From the NCBI GenBank assembly GCA_937958885.1, contig CALGMT010000013.1:14314-78313 (forward strand): a stretch of 64,000 bases of DNA, read 5' to 3'. The notes beneath the pieces are model-generated. The model ran no database searches. It was not told the DNA's origin and saw only the letters and a program-made list of their open reading frames with translations. This document shows, piece after piece, positions 20,301 to 30,082 of this stretch. Position 1 is the first letter of the stretch; each line of letters starts with the position of its first letter. The position numbers and the translations under genes are program-made. Origin of the DNA: an uncultured bacterium. Its GTDB lineage: Bacteria > Verrucomicrobiota > Kiritimatiellia > CAIVKH01.

Positions 20301-20390
20301 GTGCGCGCAACTCTAGGGCGCGCCTGACGGCGGAGCAAGCGCGCAGGATGATTGTACCCCGTTTGCTACGACGATATAGTCCGTTCCTGC

Positions 20391-20951
20391 ATGAAGTTGG
20401 AACTGCGAACCTATGGCGATCCTGTCCTTCGCGCGCCGACCGCGCGGATCGCCGCGCCGGACGAGTCGGTGCGCCGGCTGATCGCTGACATGATGGAGAC
20501 GATGCACGCGGCGCAGGGCATCGGCTTGGCTGCGCCTCAGGTTGGACAGTCGCTCGCGCTGTGCGTCATTGATCTGCCCGCGGACTACGACACCACCGAG
20601 GACGGGCGTCGCTTGAATCCGGACGTCGCGATGCCGCTCGTGCTGCTGAACCCGGAAGTCGTGTCGGCCTCGAAGAAGATGAACGAGCACGAAGAGGGCT
20701 GCTTGAGCTTTCCGGGGCTGCGCGGGAATATCGAGCGCCCGCTGGAGATTGTCCTGCGCTACATGGATGAGTCCGGGGCGACGCACGAGAAGACGTTCGT
20801 CGATTTTCTCGCCCGCGTGATCCAGCACGAAGTGGATCACTTGAACGGCGTGCTGTTCATCGATCGGATGTCCATCGCGAAGCGATTCGCGATCAAAAGC
20901 AAGTTGAAGCGGTTGGAGCAGGAGACGAAGGAACGCCTCGGCTTGGCGTGA
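20391..20951 (+). CDS. def: Peptide deformylase
   Basis: GIGLAAPQVG, EGCLS, QHEVDHLNG. Confidence 0.97.
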   Translation: MKLELRTYGDPVLRAPTARIAAPDESVRRLIADMMETMHAAQGIGLAAPQVGQSLALCVIDLPADYDTTEDGRRLNPDVAMPLVLLNPEVVSASKKMNEHEEGCLSFPGLRGNIERPLEIVLRYMDESGATHEKTFVDFLARVIQHEVDHLNGVLFIDRMSIAKRFAIKSKLKRLEQETKERLGLA

Positions 20952-20957
20952 GCGCGG

Positions 20958-23501
20958 TCATCGCCATTCGTGTTTCGGATACTTTCGCTGCAGCTCCTGC
21001 TTGATGCGCGGGTAATGGTCGCGCCAGAACCCTGCGAGATCCTGCGTGATTTGGACCGGGCGCTGGCTCGGCGCGAGGATGTGCGCGGTCAACGCCACGC
21101 GGCCCATCGCGATTTTCGGAGACTCGTTCATTCCGTACAACTGCTGAATGGTCGCGGAGAAGTAGGGAGGCGTTTCGCCGGAGTACACGATGCGCGCGCT
21201 GCGTCCATTCGGCAGTGCGATGCGCTCCGGGGCGTGGCGATCCAGCAGTGCGCGCTGCTCGGGCGTCAGCCAGTCATGAACGATCGGGCGCACCTCGCGC
21301 TCTTTGATGTCCTTGTAGCTGACCGCGCCGTCGCACACGTGCGCGATGAGCAGGCGGCGATCCTCCGCGGTGACGATGGGAATGCCCAGCTCCGGGCACC
21401 AGGCGGCGAGACAGTTGACGCGAGTCAGCCACTGCTCGATCTGCTCATCCCACTTCTTAAGCGTCAATTCACCGCTCAGCACGCGTTCAGCGAGCAACTC
21501 GGCCGCTGCGTCGGCAGGCGGCTGTTCCGATCGCGAGGCGGACAACACGAGATCGCGAAACAGCGTGCGTTTTTCGGCATAGACGCGGCGCGCGGCGTCG
21601 TCCCACACGGCGACGGTTTCCTCGCGAAAGCCGTTGGGGAACAGTTCGCGCAGCCATTCCGGCTCGACTGCGGTGGCGAGCGAGAGCTGCACCTCGACCT
21701 CGCGCCCCTCGATCTCGTTGACCTCGGCTGCGACAAAGAGCGGCTTCTTCTGCACCACGCTGGAGCGCGCGAGCGCGCCGCGCCGGTTGTGGACGAGTTG
21801 GCAGCGCAGGGTCCCGCCGTCGAGGCGGCGCGCGAGGTGATCGGCGAAGCCGGTCAGCACGCACTTTTGGACCGCGCTGTCATCGGCCGGCGGGCCGTCG
21901 ATCGGCAGGCCCTGTGCGGCGGCCATGCGGAGGAACGCATCGTAGAGCGGGCGCACCTGCCGCGCCGCCTGTGCGTTGATGCCGACGCGACGGCAGGCGT
22001 CCGGCGAAAATCGATTCTTTTCCGCATAGGACCAGGCGCGCATCAGGACGAAGAAGTCGGAGTCGGCGCGCTCGCCGAACAGGTCGTCGCGCCGCTCGCC
22101 GGCGTCGCGGTCGGTTCGGCGCACGAGGATGTCGCGCCCCTGCGTGAGCGCGGCGATCAGCGCGACTTGCCGCGCGCCGCCGTAGGTTTCGGCGGCGACG
22201 AGCATCCGCGCGTAGCGCGGGTGCACGGGGAAGGCCAGCATGCGGCGGCCGAGTTCCGTAATGGCGCCGGTCTGTTCGTCCGCCGCGCCGAGGTCGCGCA
22301 GCAGGACTTCGGCGCGCGCCAGCGATTTCGGATCGGGCCGCTCGACCCAGGGAAAGGCGGCAAGGTCGGTGTAGCCCGCGGCCTTCAGCGTGAGGGCGAT
22401 CTCCGAGAGATCGAGGCGGCGCACCTCGGGCAATTCCTGAACGGGCCGCGCGCGGTGTTCGAGCTCGCTCCACAGCCGGATGCAGCAGCCGGGCGCGGTG
22501 CGCCCCGCGCGGCCGGCGCGCTGGTCGGCGGACGCGCGGCTGATGCGCTCGATCAGCAGGGTGTTGATGCCGCGATGCGGATCGTAGCGGGGAATCCGCG
22601 CGAGGCCGGAGTCGATTACGATGCGTATGCCGTCGATGGTGAGCGACGTTTCCGCCACATTGGTGGCGACGATGATCTTCCGTCGGTTCTGGCGCGCGAC
22701 GGCCTGATCCTGCTGATCGGGCGGCAGGTCGCCGTGCAGCGGAAGGATCGCGCAATCGGCGGCCTCCGGGCGGGTCTGCAATTCGGCGATCGTGCGCGCG
22801 ATTTCGTATGCGCCCGGCATAAAGATCAGCGCATCGCCGGGCCGTCCGGCGCGCGCGGCCTCCGCGAAGGCGGATGCGGCCTGCTCCCATACCGGCACAT
22901 CGTCGCGCGGGCGCGCGGCGGGCGGGGTGGGGCGGTAGCGGATGTCGACAGGAAACATCCGCCCCCGTGATTCGAGCACGTCGCAGGGGCGCAGGTAATC
23001 CTCGACCAAGCCGAGATCGAGCGTGGCGGACATCACGATCAGCCCGAGATCGGGGCGCGACTCACGCTGGAGCGCGCGCGCCCGCGCGAGGGTGATGTCG
23101 CCGTAGAGATGCCGCTCATGGAATTCGTCGAACACGATGCACGCGACGCCGCGCAGCGACGGGTCGGAGAGCATTTGCCGCAGCAGGATGCCCTCGGTCA
23201 CGTAGCGGATGCGCGTCGCAGCGGAGGTGACGTCTTCAAAGCGGATTTGATAGCCGACCTCGCGGCCGAGCGGCACGCCGCATTCCTGCGCCACGCGCGC
23301 CGCGAGCATGCGCGCGGCGATGCGGCGCGGCTGCAGCACAACGATCTGCCCGTCGCCGAGCGCGCCGCCGCGCAGCAGCATTTGGGGAACCTGGGTGGAT
23401 TTGCCCGATCCGGTCGGCGCCTGGATCAGCAGGCGTCGGTTGCGCGGATAGGCCGCGAGGAGGGCGGACTCCAGTTCGTAAATGGGCAGGCGTTCCGACA
23501 T
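20958..23501 (-). CDS. hrpB: ATP-dependent helicase HrpB
   Basis: APTGSGKST, DEFHER, MSAT, TNVAETSLTI, QRAGRAGR, C-terminal YPKHEWR. Confidence 0.93.
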   Translation of the reverse strand: MSERLPIYELESALLAAYPRNRRLLIQAPTGSGKSTQVPQMLLRGGALGDGQIVVLQPRRIAARMLAARVAQECGVPLGREVGYQIRFEDVTSAATRIRYVTEGILLRQMLSDPSLRGVACIVFDEFHERHLYGDITLARARALQRESRPDLGLIVMSATLDLGLVEDYLRPCDVLESRGRMFPVDIRYRPTPPAARPRDDVPVWEQAASAFAEAARAGRPGDALIFMPGAYEIARTIAELQTRPEAADCAILPLHGDLPPDQQDQAVARQNRRKIIVATNVAETSLTIDGIRIVIDSGLARIPRYDPHRGINTLLIERISRASADQRAGRAGRTAPGCCIRLWSELEHRARPVQELPEVRRLDLSEIALTLKAAGYTDLAAFPWVERPDPKSLARAEVLLRDLGAADEQTGAITELGRRMLAFPVHPRYARMLVAAETYGGARQVALIAALTQGRDILVRRTDRDAGERRDDLFGERADSDFFVLMRAWSYAEKNRFSPDACRRVGINAQAARQVRPLYDAFLRMAAAQGLPIDGPPADDSAVQKCVLTGFADHLARRLDGGTLRCQLVHNRRGALARSSVVQKKPLFVAAEVNEIEGREVEVQLSLATAVEPEWLRELFPNGFREETVAVWDDAARRVYAEKRTLFRDLVLSASRSEQPPADAAAELLAERVLSGELTLKKWDEQIEQWLTRVNCLAAWCPELGIPIVTAEDRRLLIAHVCDGAVSYKDIKEREVRPIVHDWLTPEQRALLDRHAPERIALPNGRSARIVYSGETPPYFSATIQQLYGMNESPKIAMGRVALTAHILAPSQRPVQITQDLAGFWRDHYPRIKQELQRKYPKHEWR

Positions 23502-23517
23502 GCGCTCGCGCCCTCGA

Positions 23518-24858
23518 TTATTTCCGCTCGTGACTGGAGCGATACTCCACGACGATCGGCGCGCCTTCAAACCCCGCCGCCTCGCGGAGCGCGGCGATCA
23601 GATAGGCTTGGTAGGACGGCACGCACAGATCCGGTTGATTCACAAAAAAGCGGAACCGCAGCGGGCGCACGCCGGTTTGCGCGGCGTAATAGAATTTGAG
23701 ACGTTTGCCGCCCGTGCGGGGAGGGGCGACGCGCTTGACCGCGTCGTGCAGCACCTTGTTCAGCGTGCTGGTCGGCAGCGTGGTGGAGATTTGGCCGGCG
23801 ACGTAGTCGATCGTCTCGACGGCTTTCCGCACATTCAACCCGGACTGCGCGGAGACGAAGACGACCGGCACATACGAGAGGAAATACAGATCACGCCGCA
23901 GGGCCTTTTCATACTCGCGTTGCGTGACCTTCGTTTCGGCGGTCGCGAGATCCCACTTGTTGACGAGCAGCACACAGCCCTTGCGCGCGTCGAGGATCAA
24001 GCCGGCGATTTTCTTGTCCTGTTCGGTCGGCCCCTGCGCGGCGTCGATCATCAGGACGACGACATCCGCGTCTTCGATGCTCTTTTGCGCGCGCATCACG
24101 CTCCAGCGTTCGACCGCGTCTTCCGCGCGGCGCAGCTTGCGCAGGCCCGCGGTGTCGATGAGCCGGTAGTGGCGCGCCTGCGGACCGGATCCGATGGTGA
24201 AGGGGATTTCGATGCTGTCGCGCGTCGTGCCGGGAATGGGCGAAACGATGACCCGATCGCTGCGCAAGACGCGGTTCACGAAGGATGATTTGCCCGCGTT
24301 CGGCTTCCCGACGATCGCGACGCGTAGCGGGTTTTCGACTGTCGGCGATTCGCCGGGCGGCAGACGTTCCAGCACGGCGGAAAGCAGCGCGTCGAACCCG
24401 CGGTTGTGCAGTGCAGCGACCGGGAAGACCGGGAAACCGAGCGCGGCGAACTCGGACGCTTGAGTGTCGAGTCCTTCATGGTCGGCCTTGTTCGCCGCGA
24501 GCAGGACGGGGCGGCCGGAGGCGCGCAGCAGCGCGGCGACCTCGCGGTCGAGCGGCGTCACGCCGTCCGTGACGTCGGTGGCCAGGATAATGACCGACGC
24601 ATCGGCAATCGCGACTTCGGCTTGTGCGCGCGTGCCGGCGGACAACACATCTTTAGCCGCCTCCCCGTCGATGAAGCCCAATCCGCCGGTGTCGATCAGC
24701 TCGAACCGCTCGCCGCGCCAGCGGGCCTCCGCCGACAGACGATCGCGCGTGACGCCGGGCTGGTCGTGCACGATGGCGATGCGGCGGCCGACGATCCGGT
24801 TGAACAGGGCCGATTTCCCGACATTGGGCCGGCCCACGATGGCGACGATTCGATTCAT
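23518..24858 (-). CDS. der: Ribosome biogenesis GTPase Der (EngA)
   Basis: Two G-domains (GRPNVGKS/DTGG/NKAD; GKPNAGKS/DTAG/NKWD) plus KH-like tail. Confidence 0.97.
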   Translation of the reverse strand: MNRIVAIVGRPNVGKSALFNRIVGRRIAIVHDQPGVTRDRLSAEARWRGERFELIDTGGLGFIDGEAAKDVLSAGTRAQAEVAIADASVIILATDVTDGVTPLDREVAALLRASGRPVLLAANKADHEGLDTQASEFAALGFPVFPVAALHNRGFDALLSAVLERLPPGESPTVENPLRVAIVGKPNAGKSSFVNRVLRSDRVIVSPIPGTTRDSIEIPFTIGSGPQARHYRLIDTAGLRKLRRAEDAVERWSVMRAQKSIEDADVVVLMIDAAQGPTEQDKKIAGLILDARKGCVLLVNKWDLATAETKVTQREYEKALRRDLYFLSYVPVVFVSAQSGLNVRKAVETIDYVAGQISTTLPTSTLNKVLHDAVKRVAPPRTGGKRLKFYYAAQTGVRPLRFRFFVNQPDLCVPSYQAYLIAALREAAGFEGAPIVVEYRSSHERK

Positions 24859-24959
24859 GCGTGCGCGTTATGCCTCGAAACGCGGCGGGTCACAAGCGAA
24901 CTCTGTACAAGACCCTCAAGCGCGGGTAAATTCGCGGCCAGGTACGGTCGGGGCTCTTC

Positions 24960-25217
24960 ATGATATATGTAGGAAATCTATCGTTTCAGTGCGGAGAGGA
25001 TGCGTTGCGCGAGGCCTTTTCGCCCTGCGGCGAGGTCGCATCCGTTCGCATCATTCGCCATCCGTCCACTGGGCGTTCCCTCGGATTCGCATTTGTGGAG
25101 ATGAAGGACGAAGCGTCCGCCGATCGAGCGTGCCGCGAATTGCATCATCGACAACTCGGCGGCCGCGCCATCCGCGTGGCCGCCATGCGCCCGCGCGGCG
25201 ACCGCGCAAGGATTTAA
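24960..25217 (+). CDS. RRM (RNP-1) RNA-binding protein
   Basis: RNP2 IYVGNL; RNP1 LGFAFVEM. Confidence 0.9.
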   Translation: MIYVGNLSFQCGEDALREAFSPCGEVASVRIIRHPSTGRSLGFAFVEMKDEASADRACRELHHRQLGGRAIRVAAMRPRGDRARI

Positions 25218-25220
25218 CGC

Positions 25221-25484
25221 ATGAGCATTTTCGGCCGATTCAGAAGAAAGAAACACGCGTCGCCTCCCGCGGAGTTGAATGGGACGCCCCCCGCGGGTGA
25301 AACCGCGCCGGGCGTACGCGCAATCAGAGACCTCTGGGCGATCGAGCCGCGCCCGCCGGTCGAGCGCGTTGAGGGCGAGGTCGTGACCGATATCTATGCG
25401 ACTCAGCGGCCGAACGGGATGCCGCGTCGCCGCCACCAGCGCCGCACCCCAAACGAGTCGGACGAATTCACTCCGCCATTCTAA
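25221..25484 (+). CDS. Small hypothetical protein (87 aa)
   Basis: Fills the gap between the RRM gene and the serpin on the same strand; AAGGA upstream; no motif recognised. Confidence 0.45.
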   Translation: MSIFGRFRRKKHASPPAELNGTPPAGETAPGVRAIRDLWAIEPRPPVERVEGEVVTDIYATQRPNGMPRRRHQRRTPNESDEFTPPF

Positions 25485-25498
25485 CGCGAGGACCGAAA

Positions 25499-26752
25499 AT
25501 GCGCCTGCGATTCGCTTCAATCCTGCTGTCTGCCCTGCTGGCCGCGTCTGCTCGCGCGGAAGACCCGGGCGTCGCGGCGATCAACCGGCTGGGCCTCGAG
25601 TTGCTCGCCGTGTCCCGCGGTCTGAACGAGACGGCGCTGCTCTCGCCCTTTTCAATCCAGAGCGCGCTGGCGATGGCGTATGCGGGGGCGTCGGGCGCGA
25701 CCCGCGAGGAGATGCGGCGCGTCTTGCACTATCCGGAGGACGAGTCCGCGCTGGTCCGGTCCCTCGCCGGGCTGCGCGCGGAGCTCGATCGAATCGCGCG
25801 CGATTCGGAACGATTTTCTACCGAGCAGGCGCGCTATGGCGGGCCGCGCGATCCCCTCGCGCTGTCGATCGCGAACCGGCTGTTCGGCCAGCAGGGCTAT
25901 CCGTTTCGTCCGGAGTTTCTCTCGTACCTCGCAGAGGCCTATCAGGCCCCGTTCGAAACATGCGATTTTCGCGAAAACCATGAAGCAGAACGGCATCGGA
26001 TCAACCTTTGGGTCGAAGAGCAAACGCGCGAGCGCATCCGCGATTTGATTCCCGGCGGCGGGCTCACCGAGGAGACGCGGCTCGTGCTCGTGAACGCGAT
26101 CTATCTCAAAACGCCGTGGATGGAACCGTTCCCTGAATACGCCACCCAGCCGCGACCCTTCTGGGTGCGCGGTGTCGAAGAGCGCGAGACGCCGACGATG
26201 AGCCGGACCGGCGATTTCCGCGTCAAAAAGGGCAATGGCTACACCGCCGTCGGCGTTCCGATGGATAGAGGCGATTTGCTTTTCATTGCGGTGGTCCCAG
26301 ACGAACGGACGGGATTGGATGCGGTGGAATCCGCACTGAGCGCCGACGAACTGGCGGCGCTGGCCTCCGCGCCGATGGCCGAGGCGATCGTGTATCTGCC
26401 GAAATTCAAAATCGAGCCGCCGGTGATGGCGCTGGGAACCGCTCTCAAGCAGCTCGGCATGCGGATGGCATTTGACGTTCCGCCCGGCAGCGCCGATTTC
26501 GACGGCATCGCGCCGCGCCGGCCCAACGACTATCTTTATATCGACGAAGTGTTCCACAAGACATTCCTCGCACTGGACGAGAAGGGGGTAGAGGCCGCCG
26601 CTGCCACGGCCGTGGTGATGATGCGGGCGACGGCGATGCCGATCGAAAAACCCAAGCCGATCGAGATCCGCGTGGATCGTCCGTTTCTATTCGCCATTCA
26701 GCATCGCGGCGGCGCATGCCTGTTCATTGGGCGCGTCGTGGATCCGCGCTGA
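25499..26752 (+). CDS. Secreted serpin family protein
   Basis: Signal peptide; SPFSI, IN.WVE.QT, LVNAIY.K..W, hinge DEKGVEAAAATAV, DRPFLFAI...LFIGRV.DP. Confidence 0.95.
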   Translation: MRLRFASILLSALLAASARAEDPGVAAINRLGLELLAVSRGLNETALLSPFSIQSALAMAYAGASGATREEMRRVLHYPEDESALVRSLAGLRAELDRIARDSERFSTEQARYGGPRDPLALSIANRLFGQQGYPFRPEFLSYLAEAYQAPFETCDFRENHEAERHRINLWVEEQTRERIRDLIPGGGLTEETRLVLVNAIYLKTPWMEPFPEYATQPRPFWVRGVEERETPTMSRTGDFRVKKGNGYTAVGVPMDRGDLLFIAVVPDERTGLDAVESALSADELAALASAPMAEAIVYLPKFKIEPPVMALGTALKQLGMRMAFDVPPGSADFDGIAPRRPNDYLYIDEVFHKTFLALDEKGVEAAAATAVVMMRATAMPIEKPKPIEIRVDRPFLFAIQHRGGACLFIGRVVDPR

Positions 26753-26766
26753 TTGCGGAGAGAAGT

Positions 26767-27864
26767 TTATTCCTCTTCGACTGCTTCATCCGAATTGACC
26801 GGAATCTCCGGCCGGTCCCAGCGCCGGATGACGCCGGTCCACGCCGGACTCGGCGTGAATGCGTCAATCCAGCCTTGTGTCGCCCACGCTTCCATCGGTT
26901 GACGGTCCGGAATCACGAGCGCCTCGCAGTCGGGAAACTCGTTGAGCAGAGACGTGCCTTCCTCCACGCCGAGCACGATCAGGGCGTGCGCGAGCGCGTG
27001 GGCCATCAGGCAGGTCGGCGCGCGCACCGCGGCGAGCGCGGTGTCTTCCGCGGGCCGAGCGGTGCGAGGATCGATGACGTCGCCATACTCGCGGCCTTCG
27101 ATGGTCACGGTGCGATCGCGCAGGCCGATCACCGCGAGCGCGGGCGCTGCGGCATCAAGGGCAATTTCACCGAGCGGAGCCGAGTCAAATGGGTTGCGGA
27201 TCGGATGCCGCCACGGCGTGTCGGGAGCGAGCCGGCCGAGCGCGCGCGCGTAGCGATCCCACGTCACAAACGCGCGGTCGATCTCCTGGCGGCGCAGTTC
27301 GACGATGGCAAGGTCCACACCGTAGGCGTAGGCGAGACTGCCGGGTGCGATGCGCGCGCCCGGCGAAACGAGCGCGATAGCGCCCTGCTCGGCGAGTTGG
27401 ATGTGGCGAAGCCCGATCAGTTCCATCAGCGCGGCGAGCTCCTCATCGCTTGGTGGCGATTCTGGAATCGGGCCGGCGAAGCCCCACGCCTCGAGCGCGG
27501 GCAAGACGGTCAAATCGTAAGCGCCGCCGGTCAACTGACTGTAGTAGTGCGCCAGGTCGATGGCGCGAAACGTATTGAACGAAACCTGAAGGCGATACGT
27601 TCCGGCGACGCGGTTGATCTTCGCGATGTCGCTGCGCGGGTCGTTGAGATTGAATTCGCTCCACGCGATTTGGAACTGTCGGCGCACGATCTCGCTCGAC
27701 GCAGACAATTGGCCGGCGAGATCGGGCGGCATGATGAGCGCGCCGGCCCGGTCGCCAACCGCGATGGCGGCCTGGCGCGGGGCCGCATCCCGGCAGCCCG
27801 CGCCGACGAAGAGTACCGCGCAGGCGAGCGCCGCGGCGCATGTGACGGGGACGCTATTCCTCAT
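26767..27864 (-). CDS. ApbE-family (FAD:protein FMN transferase-like) lipoprotein, degenerate active site
   Basis: Lipobox GAGC; SDIAKINR, TGGAYDLTV.P...WGF, W...IRNP, IDPRT. Confidence 0.8.
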   Translation of the reverse strand: MRNSVPVTCAAALACAVLFVGAGCRDAAPRQAAIAVGDRAGALIMPPDLAGQLSASSEIVRRQFQIAWSEFNLNDPRSDIAKINRVAGTYRLQVSFNTFRAIDLAHYYSQLTGGAYDLTVLPALEAWGFAGPIPESPPSDEELAALMELIGLRHIQLAEQGAIALVSPGARIAPGSLAYAYGVDLAIVELRRQEIDRAFVTWDRYARALGRLAPDTPWRHPIRNPFDSAPLGEIALDAAAPALAVIGLRDRTVTIEGREYGDVIDPRTARPAEDTALAAVRAPTCLMAHALAHALIVLGVEEGTSLLNEFPDCEALVIPDRQPMEAWATQGWIDAFTPSPAWTGVIRRWDRPEIPVNSDEAVEEE

Positions 27865-28540
27865 GACGATAATAATACGCCTCGGTGAAGAGCGCGTCGG
27901 GCCGAATCCCGCGCGCGGTGAGCAAATCGCGCATCTCGTAGAACATTTCGTTCGCGCCGCAGAGATAAAAATGCGCATCGGACGGGAAGTCGAAGGTCCG
28001 GCTGAAGTCCGTGACACGCCCGTGGAATGCGCCGGGCGCACCCGCGCTCACACAGGGGAAATATGGGCGGCCCGCAAATTCTTCGCGATAGAACAAATCT
28101 TCAGCGGTGCGCACGCCGTGGAGGACGGTCATGTCGAGTTCCGGATACGTGCGGAGATAGGCTCTGCACGGAGCGATGCCGGTTCCGGTGGCGACAAAAA
28201 CGATCGGCCGCGCGCGGTCGCGCAAAACAAACTCGCCGCAGGGCGCTGAAATTTCAACATACTCGCCTTCCGCCTTCCCGGCGAGATGCGGCGTCAGAAC
28301 GCCACTCGGAATCAGGCGGTAGAGTACGCGCAGCTCGTTGTCGTTTTCGCCGCTGGCGATGGTGTAGTTCCGATCTTCGGTCAGCGCGCGTCCGTGGATG
28401 ACGAGCAATTGTCCCGCGCGAAAGTCGAGGCCGTCGCGAGAGAGGGAGAGCTCGTAGGCGGTCGGGGACAGTTGGCGATGGCGCAGTATCCGCGCTTTCC
28501 AACGGCGCATCATGGGCGGGCTTGAGGGGGCCGTGGTCAT
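27854..28540 (-). CDS. Ferredoxin-NADP reductase-like FAD/NAD(P)-binding oxidoreductase
   Basis: RNYTIAS, ATGTGIAP, YLCG, C-terminal E.YY. Confidence 0.88.
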   Translation of the reverse strand: MTTAPSSPPMMRRWKARILRHRQLSPTAYELSLSRDGLDFRAGQLLVIHGRALTEDRNYTIASGENDNELRVLYRLIPSGVLTPHLAGKAEGEYVEISAPCGEFVLRDRARPIVFVATGTGIAPCRAYLRTYPELDMTVLHGVRTAEDLFYREEFAGRPYFPCVSAGAPGAFHGRVTDFSRTFDFPSDAHFYLCGANEMFYEMRDLLTARGIRPDALFTEAYYYRHEE

Positions 28541-28555
28541 GGCGTGCGTTTATAT

Positions 28556-29284
28556 TCAACGATTGAGCGCCGGGTCGGGGATGCCCAGTTCACGGAAGCC
28601 TTTTGCCCGCAGCAGGCACGCGTCGCACCGCCCGCAGGGACGGCCGCCGGGGCCGGGGTCGTAGCAGGAAAGGGTTATGCCGTAATCGACACCGAGCGCG
28701 AGGCCGGCGCGGATGATCTCGGCCTTGTTCCATTTCATCAGCGGCGCGTGGATGCGGAAGCGTCCGCCCTCGGCGCCGATGCGGGTCGCGCGGTCGGCGA
28801 GGCGCTGGAACGCGCGGATGAAGGCCGGACGGCAATCGGGATAGCCGCTGAAATCGAGCGCATTCACGCCGATAAAAATATCGCGCGCGCCGAGGACCTC
28901 CGCCCACGCGAGGGCGAAGGAGAGAAACACGGTGTTGCGCGCGGGCACGTAGGTGATCGGAATGCCGCGCTCCATCTCGCGGGTCGAACGGTTTTTCGGA
29001 ACGGGGATATCCGCGGTCAGCGCCGAGCCGCCGAACGCGCGGAGGTCGATGCGCACGGTCTTGTGCGCGACCGCGCCGAGCGCGCGCGCGATGCGGCGCG
29101 CCGCGCCGAGTTCCGCGCGGTGGTGCTGGCCGTAGCGGAACGAAAGCGCGTGGCACGCAAACCCGCGCGCGCGCGCGATGGCGAGAACGGTGGCGGAGTC
29201 GAGGCCGCAGCTCAGGAGGACCACGGCCTTGCGCGCTTCGGACGCGGGGGCGTTGGGGTGTTTTGCTTGTGCGGATCGGATCAC
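28556..29284 (-). CDS. queC: 7-cyano-7-deazaguanine synthase
   Basis: [41 protein letters not shown] start overlaps the queE stop. Confidence 0.95.
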   Translation of the reverse strand: MIRSAQAKHPNAPASEARKAVVLLSCGLDSATVLAIARARGFACHALSFRYGQHHRAELGAARRIARALGAVAHKTVRIDLRAFGGSALTADIPVPKNRSTREMERGIPITYVPARNTVFLSFALAWAEVLGARDIFIGVNALDFSGYPDCRPAFIRAFQRLADRATRIGAEGGRFRIHAPLMKWNKAEIIRAGLALGVDYGITLSCYDPGPGGRPCGRCDACLLRAKGFRELGIPDPALNR

Positions 29285-30078
29285 AGTTGGTTCATCATCT
29301 TGTGGGTTTGCGGAATGACGCGGACATTCGGGATGTGCGCAAGGCAGCGCGCCTGCCAGTCGAGCAGTTGGTGCGGCGCGGGCGCGCGGCGCGCCTCGCC
29401 GAAGGGGGTCATCGGCTGCAGGATCAACATCGTCTGCGGCGCGACGTCTCGAATGACCGCGCATGCGGCGTCGAGATCGGCCGGGTCCGTGTCGGCGCTC
29501 ACGACCGCCTTGGCGAACACATCGACTTCATTCTCAACGCAGCGCGCGAGGAATTTGCGATGCCCGCCCCATGCAGCTTCGTTCAAGGTCACGCTGGGCA
29601 ATTTGATATCCATCGCGGCGAAGTCGAGCCAGGGGAGCAGCGCATCGAGTTGCGTGTAGAGATCGCCCGCCGTTTCGAGATAGGTCTTCAGCCCGAAATG
29701 TTCGATGCGGGGCAGCAGGGCGCGCAAATAGTCGGGATAAAGCAGCGGTTCGCCGCCGGTGAGGGAGACGGCGTGATGCGGGCCGAACTGTCGGTCGAGC
29801 GCGCGAATCCAGTCGAGCAGGGTTTCAACGGGCAGCGGATTCGGCATCTCGATAAAATCGCGGCGGCCGGGCGTTTGCTCCACGCGGCAGCGCGGCGGCT
29901 GATACCCGGGCGGCTGCCACGCGGTGACGGTTTCCGGCGAATCGCAGAAGGCGCAGCGGCGATGGCATCCATAAAAGCGCACGAAGAGTTGCCGCGCGCC
30001 CACGCAGGGGCCTTCGCCCTGGACCGAGCTGAAAATTTCCGTGATCGGCGCGGTCAGGCTGGGCGGATTGTCGGTCAC
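29281..30078 (-). CDS. queE: 7-carboxy-7-deazaguanine synthase (radical SAM)
   Basis: [30 protein letters not shown]. Start placed at GTG 30078. Confidence 0.93.
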   Translation of the reverse strand: MTDNPPSLTAPITEIFSSVQGEGPCVGARQLFVRFYGCHRRCAFCDSPETVTAWQPPGYQPPRCRVEQTPGRRDFIEMPNPLPVETLLDWIRALDRQFGPHHAVSLTGGEPLLYPDYLRALLPRIEHFGLKTYLETAGDLYTQLDALLPWLDFAAMDIKLPSVTLNEAAWGGHRKFLARCVENEVDVFAKAVVSADTDPADLDAACAVIRDVAPQTMLILQPMTPFGEARRAPAPHQLLDWQARCLAHIPNVRVIPQTHKMMNQL

Positions 30079-30082
30079 GCGA

